From: Terriglobales bacterium
Lineage (GTDB): Bacteria; Acidobacteriota; Terriglobia; Terriglobales; Acidobacteriaceae
Length of the DNA: 48,806 nucleotides
Assembly: GCA_035496015.1 (NCBI GenBank)
Contig: DATJFA010000254.1
Location: 1-48,806, forward strand
Direction of reading: 5' to 3'
This document shows, in pieces, positions 34,926 through 44,167 of the stretch. Positions within the stretch are counted from its first letter, which is position 1; each line of letters starts with the position of its first letter. The notes below the pieces were generated by a model that ran no database searches, had not been told where the DNA came from, and saw only the letters and a list, made by a program, of their open reading frames with translations. The translations under genes were made by a program, and so were the position numbers.

Positions 34926-36098
34926 TCAGCGGCGTGAAATGCTGACTCCTGACTCCTGACAACTAATTCCTTGTTCCAAAAACAGCGGCTCATCCACCAT
35001 ATGCAAAAACCACTTCTCCATTACCACGTTCCTCGCGAACCACGGCATCCGCAGCAGGCGCCGCGCAATTCCCGCCACCATTTTGGGCGAAAGCTGGCGA
35101 CCCACGGCCGTGGCCCAGTCGCCCCGGGTATGGCCATAACGCTGGCGCAGCAACCCCACGTACGGTTCCAGCTTCTCCCGCCGGTAATCTCCCGCCGCAT
35201 CGTTAATCACTCTTGCGGCCAGCAGCCCCGATTCAATCGCCGGGCGAATGCCCTCCCCACTCTGTGAGTAAGCCAGCCCCGCGGCATCGCCGATAAGCAT
35301 CACACCGTCGTCCACCAGCTTGCGCGTGGTCTTGGAATAAATGAGGTAGGCATGGCCCAGGATTGAGGCCGGAAGGTCAAACGCCACCTTGCCCGTGCGC
35401 CTGAGAAACGCGAGAAACTCGGCAACGTGTCCCGACAGACTGCGCCGGTCCAGCCGCCCCAGCCCCACATTCAACACATTCCCTTTGCGGAAGCACCAGC
35501 CGTAGCCGCGCATGTCGGCGCAGAAATAGAGTTCCGGAATCTCGGGCTTGATGGAGCAAGCGGCCTGCTGACGCGCATCCATTTCGAATTCCGCCTCCTG
35601 CGCCACGACAATTTCCTCGCTCCCCATTTTGGCGCCCAGCTGCCTGGCCACTGGGCAGAAGTGTCCACCAGCCCCCACCACGAGCCGCGCCTTTATCTCC
35701 CCATTCACCAGCCAGGCGTCGTTCTGTCGCCCCATGCTTTCGAAGGCCACGCCCTGCAGCGCAGGCGCGCCGCAGCGCTTCAGCAGGTAGTCGTCAAATT
35801 CAAAGCGGCGGATGCCATAGCTGACCGGGCTTCCATAGTTGGTCTCAATTTCGGGATCGCCCATGCGGCTGGTGCGAAACCCGCAAATGGGCTGGAAGGC
35901 GCGCCCGCGCGCGTAGTCGGCGGGGTCAAGCTGCAATTCGCTGATTATCTGGGGCGTAATCCAGCCGCCGCACACTTTGTCGCGGGGGAAGGTCTGCCTG
36001 TCAATGATGAGCACGTCGAGGACTGAGCCGCGCAGTGCCCAGGCGCACGACGAGCCTGCCGGCCCCCCGCCTACGATCAGCACGTCACAAATTTTCAT
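34926..36098 (-). CDS. FAD-dependent oxidoreductase, geranylgeranyl reductase family
   Basis: DVLIVGGGPAGSSCAWAL dinucleotide fold and GDAAGLAYSQSGEGIRPAIESG. The last ~10 codons read through a heptamer array. Confidence 0.85.
   Translation of the reverse strand: MKICDVLIVGGGPAGSSCAWALRGSVLDVLIIDRQTFPRDKVCGGWITPQIISELQLDPADYARGRAFQPICGFRTSRMGDPEIETNYGSPVSYGIRRFEFDDYLLKRCGAPALQGVAFESMGRQNDAWLVNGEIKARLVVGAGGHFCPVARQLGAKMGSEEIVVAQEAEFEMDARQQAACSIKPEIPELYFCADMRGYGWCFRKGNVLNVGLGRLDRRSLSGHVAEFLAFLRRTGKVAFDLPASILGHAYLIYSKTTRKLVDDGVMLIGDAAGLAYSQSGEGIRPAIESGLLAARVINDAAGDYRREKLEPYVGLLRQRYGHTRGDWATAVGRQLSPKMVAGIARRLLRMPWFARNVVMEKWFLHMVDEPLFLEQGISCQESGVSISRR
34943..34960. repeat. Heptanucleotide-period array (tgactcc family)
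   Basis: tgactcc tgactcc tgac. Confidence 0.6.
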
Positions 36099-36300
36099 TG
36101 CGCGCGTCCCCGGTTACGGGCGTAACATGGTCTGCAGCATTTTCGCACAATTAAATTTTGCCTCGGCTACATCCGTTTTCCGGGCGGCAGCATCTCACGA
36201 TTCCGGTTGCGCCATTCCTCACGTTCTGCCCGGAGCACGGCCGCTTAGGCGCCGAGCGCCGGGGCGTCACAACCTTCATAACAGCTGAAAGGAGCACGTC

Positions 36301-36519
36301 ATGGCTCCGCTTATTGAAGCTGAACGCTGGTGCGAGCAGGTAGTTGCCAGGAGCCTGGTGACCGCACGCGTCGTGGATTGCCATCGTCCCGCCGTTTCCA
36401 TCTGCCCCGGTTGCGGCAGCGGCCTGTGCGAAGAGCACGCCGTGATCTGCCCAGACTGCGGAGTGAGCTTCTGCGTTCGCTGCGACCACGTGTGCCACCG
36501 CCAGGCACAGGTGGCGTAG
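36301..36519 (+). CDS. Small Cys/His-rich (B-box / zinc-ribbon-like) protein, 72 aa
   Basis: Strong SD aaggag 6 nt before the ATG. Paired motifs are CPGC…CEEH…CPDC…CVRC…HVCH. Confidence 0.5.
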   Translation: MAPLIEAERWCEQVVARSLVTARVVDCHRPAVSICPGCGSGLCEEHAVICPDCGVSFCVRCDHVCHRQAQVA

Positions 36520-36563
36520 TCCTGCCGAGGACTGCCGGATAGCCGCCAACTTCAGATGCTACC

Positions 36564-37808
36564 TCAGTCTGCCGCCTGCATCCGACCCGCACTCTGGGGC
36601 TGCGGCTGGTAAAGATACGCCCGGGTCCAGGGAATCGCCTTGCACTGCGGGCCCGCGAATACCACCTGAAACAGCTGCATGGAGCCAGCACGGAACGCGG
36701 CCACCGAGCCGGCGAGGTACAGCCGCCATATGCGCACAAAGCGGTCGTCGAACATCGTAGCCACCTGCTGCCGCGAACTCTCGAAACGTTCCAGCCAGTG
36801 CTCCAAGGTGCGGGCATAGTGCAGGCGCAGATTCTCGACATCGAGCACGGCAAAGTCCGAGGGCTCGAGTATGTCAGCCACTTCGCGCAGGCTGGGTGGA
36901 TAGGCGCCGGGGAAAATGCGCTTGCGAACCCAGGCGTTCAGCGGCCGGCGCTGGTTGCGACCGATGAAGTGCAGCAGCCCGCGCCCGCTGTCGCCAATGG
37001 TTCGGTGGATCACCTTGCTCATCTCCCGGTAGTGCTCCCGCCCCACGTGCTCCAGCATGCCCACTGAAACGAACGCGTCAAAGCGGCCGTAGATGTTGCG
37101 GTAGTCGTCCTCGATGAATTCCACCCGGCCATCCAGGCCCTCCTGCTGCGCCCGCCAGCGCGCGTAAACAATCTGCTCGTGCGAGATGTTGAAGGCCTTG
37201 ACTTTCACGCCGTAGTGCCGGGCCATGTGCAGGGCCAGGCTGCCCCAGCCGCAGCCTGCCTCTACTACCCGCTCTCCGGGCCGCAGCCACACCTTGCGGC
37301 AAACGTGGTTCATCTTGGCAAGCTGCGCCTCCTCCAGCGTCGCCGAAGGTTCCGGAAAATAGGCGCAAGTGTAAACCAGGTTGCGATCGAGCCAGAGCTG
37401 GTAGAACTGATTGCCGAGGTCGTAATGATGATGGATGTTGTGGCGGGACCCGAGCCGAGTGTTGCCCTGGCTCAGGCGCAGCCACCATGAAGCCAAACGC
37501 GGGTACCAGGAGGAGTTTCCGCGCGCGGCCATGGGGCAATACACGGCATCCAGCAGCGTAAGCAGGCCGCCCTGAATTTCCACCGCGCCATCGGCGTAGG
37601 CCTCGCCGAATGCGACTTCCGGATTCACAACAATGCGCATCAGGGTGGCGCGATCATGGATGACCAGGCCGGCGACAACGTGTCCATCCTTCGGCCCAAC
37701 CGCCGGGCCGTCTTTCAGCGCGATGCGGACGGACGGACTGCCGATGGCGGCATATAACTTTTTCAGCAGCCAACGGTCCGTGGAGGAGAACATGCGAGCG
37801 CCAGACAT
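36564..37808 (-). CDS. cfa: Cyclopropane-fatty-acyl-phospholipid synthase family SAM methyltransferase
   Basis: HYDLGNQFYQLWLDRNLVYTCAYF and VVEAGCGWGSLALHMAR. Confidence 0.9.
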   Translation of the reverse strand: MSGARMFSSTDRWLLKKLYAAIGSPSVRIALKDGPAVGPKDGHVVAGLVIHDRATLMRIVVNPEVAFGEAYADGAVEIQGGLLTLLDAVYCPMAARGNSSWYPRLASWWLRLSQGNTRLGSRHNIHHHYDLGNQFYQLWLDRNLVYTCAYFPEPSATLEEAQLAKMNHVCRKVWLRPGERVVEAGCGWGSLALHMARHYGVKVKAFNISHEQIVYARWRAQQEGLDGRVEFIEDDYRNIYGRFDAFVSVGMLEHVGREHYREMSKVIHRTIGDSGRGLLHFIGRNQRRPLNAWVRKRIFPGAYPPSLREVADILEPSDFAVLDVENLRLHYARTLEHWLERFESSRQQVATMFDDRFVRIWRLYLAGSVAAFRAGSMQLFQVVFAGPQCKAIPWTRAYLYQPQPQSAGRMQAAD

Positions 37809-38005
37809 GGCCTCTCCTTGCGCCAGCCTTCGCCGGCGAACGTAGCAGGTTAATCCGTTGCGCTGGCCCTAGTAAATCCCTAATGCACCGAATGGCATGC
37901 ATCTCAATTTCTGTGGCAGGCGCGGCAGGCTAATTTGCAATTTCGTTTGCTGACTGAATGCTGAGTACTCGTGCTGACTACAAAGCACGGCCGACAGAAG
38001 AGTGC

Positions 38006-40687
38006 CTACTCGCACCTAAGGGCCATAATGGGATCCACCCGGGAAGCCCGCCGTGCTGGGATGTAACACGCTCCCAGGGCAACGAATGCAATCAGCGCCA
38101 CCGCGGTGACGAAGACCAGCCACGGGGACACCGAGAATCCCTGGAACGCGCTTGCCAGCACACGGGGAACGGCGGCGGATCCCAGGACGCCAAGCAAGAG
38201 CCCGAACCCAGCCAGCCTGGCTCCCTCCCCCAATACCAGGCGCAGAATGTCGTGCCTGGCAGCCCCTAAAGCTACGCGGATTCCAATCTCGTGCGTGCGC
38301 TGTAGTACCAGGTAGGAGATGACGCCATAGATGCCGACCGTGGCCAGCACCAGGGCCAGGCCGGCGAAAATTCCTAGCAATTCGCCTATGATCAGCGAAC
38401 CTGCGCCTCCGCCCTGGCTGTACATCACCTGCTCCATGGTCATGAGGTTGCTGACCGGCTGGTCTTGGTCTATGTCCCAAACCGCCTGGCGCAGAGCGGG
38501 GACGAGCGCGCTGACTGCGGTGGCGCTTCGCGCAACCACCGACATTCTGGGCGCGGGAAACTGCAGATAACTGGCGTAGATTTGCGGATGGCCGGCGATT
38601 TGTCCCACCGACTCATCCACATTGCCGACCACGCCTATGATTTCCCGCCACACTGGAGGCCCCGAGCTGTCGCTGCCGAGGCTGATGTGCTGGCCCACCG
38701 GGGTGCCCACAGGAAAAAACTGCCGCGCGAGTTCGCGATTGACCAGGACCACGGGAGGCGCCTTCGCATTGTCAGAATTGGCAAAAGACCTACCCTGCAG
38801 CACCGGAATTCCCATGGTGCTGAAATACCCCCGGGTCACGATGTAATAGGTGGCTCGCGGCCGGTCGCTTTCCGGCAGGGGCGGCCGCCCGGCGATGGCA
38901 AACGGCAGTGCTTCCGTACCCAGTCCTGTCGGCAAACTGGAAGCCGCCGCGGCAGCCTGAACGCCGGGGAGTCCGCGCACGCGCTCAATCAGCTGCTGGA
39001 AAAATGCCCTCTGTCGCAGGGGACCGGAATATTCCCGGCTGCTAAGAGCCACTTCGGCTGTCAGCAGCTGTCGCGGGTTGAAACCGTGGTCACCCCGTAT
39101 TTTCTGCTGGAACAGGCGAATCATCAGGCCGGCACCGGTCAGCAGCACGAGTGACACGGCAATCTCTCCCGCCACCAGCAGTTTTCGCGTCCGCATGCGG
39201 CTTTTGCCTGCGCTGCCGGTGCGGCTGCTCTCCCGGAGCGTGGGTTGCAGGCTGGGTTTGGTGAGCTGCAGCGCCGGCGCCAGCCCAAACACCAGGAGCG
39301 AAAGAATTGCGAGGGCGATTGTGAACATCAGGACATCGTTGTCCAATCCAAAGCGGATTCCCGCAACGACCTCGTTGAAACTGAATGCTGCTCGCAGAAC
39401 GCGGATCCCGGCGTAGGCAAGTAATAAACCGAGACCTGTTCCGAAAGCGCAAATCAGCAAGTTTTCCGCCAGCAACTGCCGCACCAGCCGCAGCCGGCGC
39501 GCCCCCAGTGCGGCGCGGATGGCGATTTCCTGTTGTCTTCCGCTGCCGCGGGCTATCAAAAGACCGGCAATGTTGGCGCAGGCCACCAGCAGGACAAATC
39601 CGACTGCCGCCATCAGCAGCACCAAGGCCGGGCGCACTTCGGCATCGCGTACTTCAAATTCCTGCAAGGAGAGCAGCGCGGTTTCCCAGCCCTTGTCCGC
39701 CTCGAGATAGGTGTTCTCCAGGCGCTCGGCGATAGCGCTTATTTCAGCCTGCGCCTGCCGCACGGTAACGCCTTGGGCCAGCCGCCCGACCACAAAGAAG
39801 GGACGCAATTTTCGCCCTTCTGAACTTAGTTCGTTGGGCGTGAATACCAAGGGAGTCCAGGCCTGTGCTCCAAATATCCACAAATTGAACGAGGCCGGCA
39901 TAACTCCGATCACGGTGCACACTTGCCCGTCCAGGTCCACGGTCTTGCCCAAAATCGCCGGATCGGCGGAAAACTTTCGCTGCCACAGCCCATGACTGAG
40001 AATTACTTCGCGTTCCCGGCCCGGCTGGTCCTCTCCTGGAAGAAATGTGCGTCCTTGCGCCGCTGCCACTCCCAGCAACTGAAAGAAATTGGCGGAGACG
40101 CGCATGCCCATGACGTGCTCTGGCGGCCCATAACCGGTAAAGGTGTAATCGTGCCAGGCATCCATGGCTGCCAGACCGCTGAACGACCGCGTCTGTTCCC
40201 GCCAGGAAAGGAAGTCGGGGGCTGACGCCGGCCGTTCCGTACTGTCCTCCAGACCCCGGCTGCGGCTCACAGAAAGCAGCATCATGACCCTGTCTGGATC
40301 GGCTACTGTCGGCTTGCGGAGCAGAATGCCGCTTATGGTGCTGAAGATCGCGCTGTTGGCGCCGATGCCCAGGGCCAGCGTGAGCACCGCCACGGTGGTA
40401 AAGCCGGGAGCTTTGTGCAGCGTGCGTCCGGCGTAGCGCAGGTCCTGCAGCAGCGTTTCCAGCCCAGGCAGGCCGCTACGATCGCGGTAGAGTTCCTTTG
40501 TCTGCTCCAGGCCGCCCAGGCGGATCAGAGCCTGCCGGCGCGCCTCTTCCGGCGTCATCCCAGCGCGCAGGTTGTCTTCAATGTGGAACTGCAGATTGCT
40601 CTCCAGTTCCTGCGCCAGCTCCCGCTCCCGCCGCTCTTTGCGGAACATGGCAGCCAACCTCACCAGAAATGCGCGCAGCTTTTGCAT
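38006..40687 (-). CDS. ADOP family duplicated (MacB/FtsX-like) permease, paralogue 1
   Basis: Permease prefix domain (ELESNLQFHIEDNLRAGMTPEEARR), then two MacB-periplasmic/FtsX modules, ending in VDPIMALRCE. Confidence 0.9.
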   Translation of the reverse strand: MQKLRAFLVRLAAMFRKERRERELAQELESNLQFHIEDNLRAGMTPEEARRQALIRLGGLEQTKELYRDRSGLPGLETLLQDLRYAGRTLHKAPGFTTVAVLTLALGIGANSAIFSTISGILLRKPTVADPDRVMMLLSVSRSRGLEDSTERPASAPDFLSWREQTRSFSGLAAMDAWHDYTFTGYGPPEHVMGMRVSANFFQLLGVAAAQGRTFLPGEDQPGREREVILSHGLWQRKFSADPAILGKTVDLDGQVCTVIGVMPASFNLWIFGAQAWTPLVFTPNELSSEGRKLRPFFVVGRLAQGVTVRQAQAEISAIAERLENTYLEADKGWETALLSLQEFEVRDAEVRPALVLLMAAVGFVLLVACANIAGLLIARGSGRQQEIAIRAALGARRLRLVRQLLAENLLICAFGTGLGLLLAYAGIRVLRAAFSFNEVVAGIRFGLDNDVLMFTIALAILSLLVFGLAPALQLTKPSLQPTLRESSRTGSAGKSRMRTRKLLVAGEIAVSLVLLTGAGLMIRLFQQKIRGDHGFNPRQLLTAEVALSSREYSGPLRQRAFFQQLIERVRGLPGVQAAAAASSLPTGLGTEALPFAIAGRPPLPESDRPRATYYIVTRGYFSTMGIPVLQGRSFANSDNAKAPPVVLVNRELARQFFPVGTPVGQHISLGSDSSGPPVWREIIGVVGNVDESVGQIAGHPQIYASYLQFPAPRMSVVARSATAVSALVPALRQAVWDIDQDQPVSNLMTMEQVMYSQGGGAGSLIIGELLGIFAGLALVLATVGIYGVISYLVLQRTHEIGIRVALGAARHDILRLVLGEGARLAGFGLLLGVLGSAAVPRVLASAFQGFSVSPWLVFVTAVALIAFVALGACYIPARRASRVDPIMALRCE
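40354..40687. repeat. Near-identical 5' coding block shared by the two ADOP genes (copy A)
   Basis: Aligns without indels to 43108-43441 (constant offset of 2754). By eye there are about 8 mismatches in the first ~275 nt. Confidence 0.9.
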
Positions 40688-40750
40688 ATCGGCTCCAGGT
40701 TACGGTGCTGCTAAAAACTATTTCCTGTTGAGGACTTCGCCTGATTCCTT

Positions 40751-43441
40751 CTACTCGTACCTCAGGGCCACTAGAGGATCCACTTTTGTGGCGCGACGCG
40801 CGGGCAAGTACGACGCGCCCACGGCCACCGCTGCTATGACCATGCAGACTACGGCAAACGTGACAGGATCAACAGGTCGAATTTTGAATAGCAAACTAGC
40901 GAGATAACGCGTGACCCCCAGTGCGCCCGCTAAACCCATGGCGAGCCCAAACAGCGTCGTCGCAACGGCCTCTCCCATGAGAAGACGCAGAATGCTTCCC
41001 GGCAGGGCTCCCAACGCCATGCGTATGCCAATCTCGTGCGTGCGTTGCGCGGCAAAATAGGCCATCACGCCATAGATGCCGACCACAGCCAGCAACAGGG
41101 CAAAGCCGGCAAAGATCCCCAGCAGCGTAGCATTGAAGCGCGGGGCGGCCAATTCACTCGCCAGGCGTTGATCCATGGTGGCGATGTCGAAAATAGGTAA
41201 GTTGGGATCAAGCTCGCCTAGCTTCTGTCGAAGCGCGACCGCCAGGGCGAGAGGGCTGGTCTTGCAGCGTAGTGCGACTATTGTGGTCTCCAATGTCTGC
41301 ACGTTGAGAGTCGGATCATCCGCGGGCGCCGCATATGGGCGGTACAACTGCGCATCTGGCTCGCGGTCTAGTGCGGTGTGCCGCACATCTTCCACCACTC
41401 CGACGATCACATGCCACGGCCAGGTCGGGCCGCCCACACGTACCCGCTTGCCCAAGGGATCCTGGCCGGGAAAGAAGCGGCGGGCAAAACTGCGATTGAT
41501 AATTACCGGCAGGTCGTGGTTCGTGCCGTCGCGCTCTTCAAAAAACCGACCCGCGACCAAAGCGATGCGCATAGCCCGAAAATACTCCGGGCTGACCGAG
41601 GTTGCCGGCACCGAGGGTGCCGCACCTGGGGGTAGCGGAGCTCCGCCTGCGAAGCGCACCGCCCATTCGCCTGCGTATCCTCCCAAAGGCAAGGCATTCG
41701 CCAGACCCACCACTTCCACGCCGGGCAAGCCTCTCAAGTTCTGCAGAAGCTCTTCCAGAAAAACCTGCTGTTGCGCCGGCTTGGAATACTTCAGCTCAGG
41801 CAGCTTCAGACGCGCGGTGAGCACCTGGTGCGGTTCGAATCCGGGATTAACGCTGGAAAGCAGAACAAAACTGCGCAACAGGAGCCCAGAGCCGGCCAGC
41901 AACACCAGCGCTAAGGCCAGTTCGGAGATAACCAGCAGCTTGCGCAGCTTGTGCCCGCCGCGCGCACCGGTCATGCGGAGGCTTGTGCGCTTCAAGGCTT
42001 CATTGATGTCTGGTTTTGAGGTCGCCAGCGCCGGCAATAGACCCGAGAGCAGGCTCACCAGAATCGTGACTGCGATGGTGAAGACAAGGACTGAAAAATC
42101 AAGGCTCATGGGGCCCAGGTGCGCCAGGCTTGGTGGCAGCAACCAGTGCAGCAGGCGGATGAGGATCACGCCAGCCGACAACCCCAGACTTCCTCCCAGG
42201 AGGGCGAGCACCGCGCTTTCCGTCAGCAGCTGCCGAACCAGCCGCGCGCGCCCCGCCCCTATGGCAACGCGAACGGCGAATTCCTGCTGCCGTGCCGCGG
42301 TGCGCACCAATTGCAGGTTGGCTACATTGACACAAGCAATCAGGAGCACGAATCCCACCGCCCCCAGCAGTACCAGCAACGCCGGTCGGGAGCTCCCCGC
42401 CAGTTCCTGCTGCAGCGCCGTGACCTGTACTCGCACGTTGCGCCGCCCCATACGCACAAAAACCGGAGATACCTGATTAAAGTCGCGTTCATTGATAGTC
42501 TGCAACTCGGCCGCGGCCCGCGCCGGTTTGACTCCTTTCTTCAGTCGCGCGAGCACATCGGTATCGGTCAGCCAATCCGCATTCCAATCAACCCGAGGAG
42601 AAAGCTGAAAGGGAATGAACACCTCAGGCGCGAGGTCAGGGTCAGGAAAGCGAAAGCCGGAGGGCGTTACCCCGACCACCGTAAATCTTCGACTATCGAG
42701 CGTGATCGCCTTGCCTAAAATGTGCGAGTCGAGCCCGAAACGCCGCTGCCACAACTCATGGCTTAAGATGGCTACCGCAGGGCCCTCAGGCAGGGTTTCC
42801 CGCGGCAGGAAGGCCCTCCCACGGACTGGCTGAACTCCCAGGGTTTGAAAGAAATCAGCGGTCACGGCGGCAGTTGTGATGTGCTCCGGCGGCCCAGCTC
42901 CGGTGAGATTAGACTCTTCGCCGCCATCGTAAGCCGCCAAATTCTCAAAAGAATGTGCTTGCAGTTTCCAATTGGTGTAATCGGGATTAGGAACCAGGGC
43001 GTTGTCGTGGTCCTTGCTCCAAATTTCGGTGACCCATACCAGCCGGTCAGGGTCGTGGTAGGGGAGCGGGCGCAGTAAGGCCGCGTTGACCGCGGAGAAG
43101 ATGGCCGTGTTGGCGCCGATGCCCAGGGCGAGCGTGAGCACCGCCACGGTGGTAAAGCCGGGAGCTTTGTGCAGCGTGCGTCCGGCGTAGCGCAGGTCCT
43201 GCAGCAGCGTTTCCAGCCCCGGCAGGCCGCTACGATCGCGGTAGAGTTCCTTTGTCTGCTCCAGGCCGCCCAGGCGCATCAGCGCCAGCCGGCGCGCTTC
43301 TTCCGGCGTCATCCCCGCGCGCAGGTTGTCTTCAATGTGGAACTGCAGATTGCTCTCCAGTTCCTGCGCCAGCTCCCGCTCGCGGCGTGCCTTGCCGAAC
43401 AAGCCGCCGAATCTCACCAACCACGCCCGGAGTAGCTTCAT
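40751..43441 (-). CDS. ADOP family duplicated (MacB/FtsX-like) permease, paralogue 2
   Basis: Same architecture as paralogue 1, ending in VDPLVALRYE. The body is clearly diverged from paralogue 1. Confidence 0.9.
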   Translation of the reverse strand: MKLLRAWLVRFGGLFGKARRERELAQELESNLQFHIEDNLRAGMTPEEARRLALMRLGGLEQTKELYRDRSGLPGLETLLQDLRYAGRTLHKAPGFTTVAVLTLALGIGANTAIFSAVNAALLRPLPYHDPDRLVWVTEIWSKDHDNALVPNPDYTNWKLQAHSFENLAAYDGGEESNLTGAGPPEHITTAAVTADFFQTLGVQPVRGRAFLPRETLPEGPAVAILSHELWQRRFGLDSHILGKAITLDSRRFTVVGVTPSGFRFPDPDLAPEVFIPFQLSPRVDWNADWLTDTDVLARLKKGVKPARAAAELQTINERDFNQVSPVFVRMGRRNVRVQVTALQQELAGSSRPALLVLLGAVGFVLLIACVNVANLQLVRTAARQQEFAVRVAIGAGRARLVRQLLTESAVLALLGGSLGLSAGVILIRLLHWLLPPSLAHLGPMSLDFSVLVFTIAVTILVSLLSGLLPALATSKPDINEALKRTSLRMTGARGGHKLRKLLVISELALALVLLAGSGLLLRSFVLLSSVNPGFEPHQVLTARLKLPELKYSKPAQQQVFLEELLQNLRGLPGVEVVGLANALPLGGYAGEWAVRFAGGAPLPPGAAPSVPATSVSPEYFRAMRIALVAGRFFEERDGTNHDLPVIINRSFARRFFPGQDPLGKRVRVGGPTWPWHVIVGVVEDVRHTALDREPDAQLYRPYAAPADDPTLNVQTLETTIVALRCKTSPLALAVALRQKLGELDPNLPIFDIATMDQRLASELAAPRFNATLLGIFAGFALLLAVVGIYGVMAYFAAQRTHEIGIRMALGALPGSILRLLMGEAVATTLFGLAMGLAGALGVTRYLASLLFKIRPVDPVTFAVVCMVIAAVAVGASYLPARRATKVDPLVALRYE
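43108..43441. repeat. Near-identical 5' coding block shared by the two ADOP genes (copy B)
   Basis: See 40354-40687. Confidence 0.9.
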
Positions 43442-43460
43442 GCCTGCACCTTACCAACCA

Positions 43461-43487
43461 CTTTGTGGCGCGGGCGCCTCGCCCGCG
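43461..43487. repeat. REP-like motif ctttgtggcgcgggcgcctcgcccgcg
   Basis: Matches 33127-33155. Confidence 0.6.
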
Positions 43488-43550
43488 TCGGAGCGCGCCC
43501 CCGCGCTCGCCCATTCCTGCTAAGAAATTTTCGCTTCCGAGGTTCCCCCC

Positions 43551-43564
43551 TGACTCCTGACTCC
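43551..43564. repeat. Heptanucleotide-period array (tgactcc family)
   Basis: tgactcc tgactcc. Confidence 0.5.
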
Positions 43565-43635
43565 TTTTCTCTTGTCTCCCAGAGCTCACGGGCTGAATGC
43601 TCACTGCTGAGTGCAGGCCCGCTGCCAACCTGGTA

Positions 43636-43980
43636 TTAGGTACTGGGAACTGTTCCCTTCAAAAACCGCGCCACAATCGCCGTCGCCTGCTCCCAGTCCC
43701 GCGCCTCTTTTTCCAACTGCTTCTGGCCGGCGCGCGTCAGCTTGTAGTACTTCGCCTTGCGATTGTTTTGCGAAACGCCCCACTCGCCGCTGATGTAGCC
43801 TTCCTGCTCCAGTTTGAGCAGCGCGGGATAGAGCGTGCCGTAATTGAGCGCCAGCAAGTGGCCGCTGGTCTGCTCGATGCGCCGGGCGATGCCATAACCG
43901 TGCAGCGGCCCCATGGTCTCCAGTGTTTTCAGCACCATCAGCGCCAGTGTTCCCTGCCAGACGTCGGTTTTATCGCCCAC
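43636..43980 (-). CDS. PadR family transcriptional regulator (acidobacterial type, precedes the ADOP permeases)
   Basis: GDKTDVWQGTLALMVLKTLETMGPLHGYGIARRIE…YPALLKLEQEGYI. The GTG at 43980 with SD ggagg is preferred over the track ATG at 44031. Confidence 0.9.
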   Translation of the reverse strand: MGDKTDVWQGTLALMVLKTLETMGPLHGYGIARRIEQTSGHLLALNYGTLYPALLKLEQEGYISGEWGVSQNNRKAKYYKLTRAGQKQLEKEARDWEQATAIVARFLKGTVPST

Positions 43981-44167
43981 CGCCCCTCCTATGGGCACAC
44001 CATACAAAGTACGAACCACAGCATCGCACAATTCCTATGGGGTGGCAATAGGAATGATCGAAAAATTTCTGTCGGTCCGCAAGAGCAAACATGACAGCGC
44101 CCGCTGGCCTTGTCGCCGATTGGCCGGTTTCGGAGTATGCTTTCTCCTCGAAAAAGAAGGAGCCTTC

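Noticed and set aside
36151-36549. 132-aa minus-strand ORF between the FAD reductase and CFA synthase genes.
   Set aside because: No SD and an Ala/Gly-rich non-descript translation. The opposite-strand 72-aa Cys-rich ORF has a much better start context.
41175-42476. 433-aa plus-strand ORF inside ADOP paralogue 2, and similar long antisense ORFs (38465-39154, 20131-20856, 20727-21671, 31772-32566, 27697-28335, 35427-36026).
   Set aside because: All lie antisense to or overlap genes with strong family motifs and give Arg/Ser/Pro-rich translations. They are GC-driven shadow ORFs.
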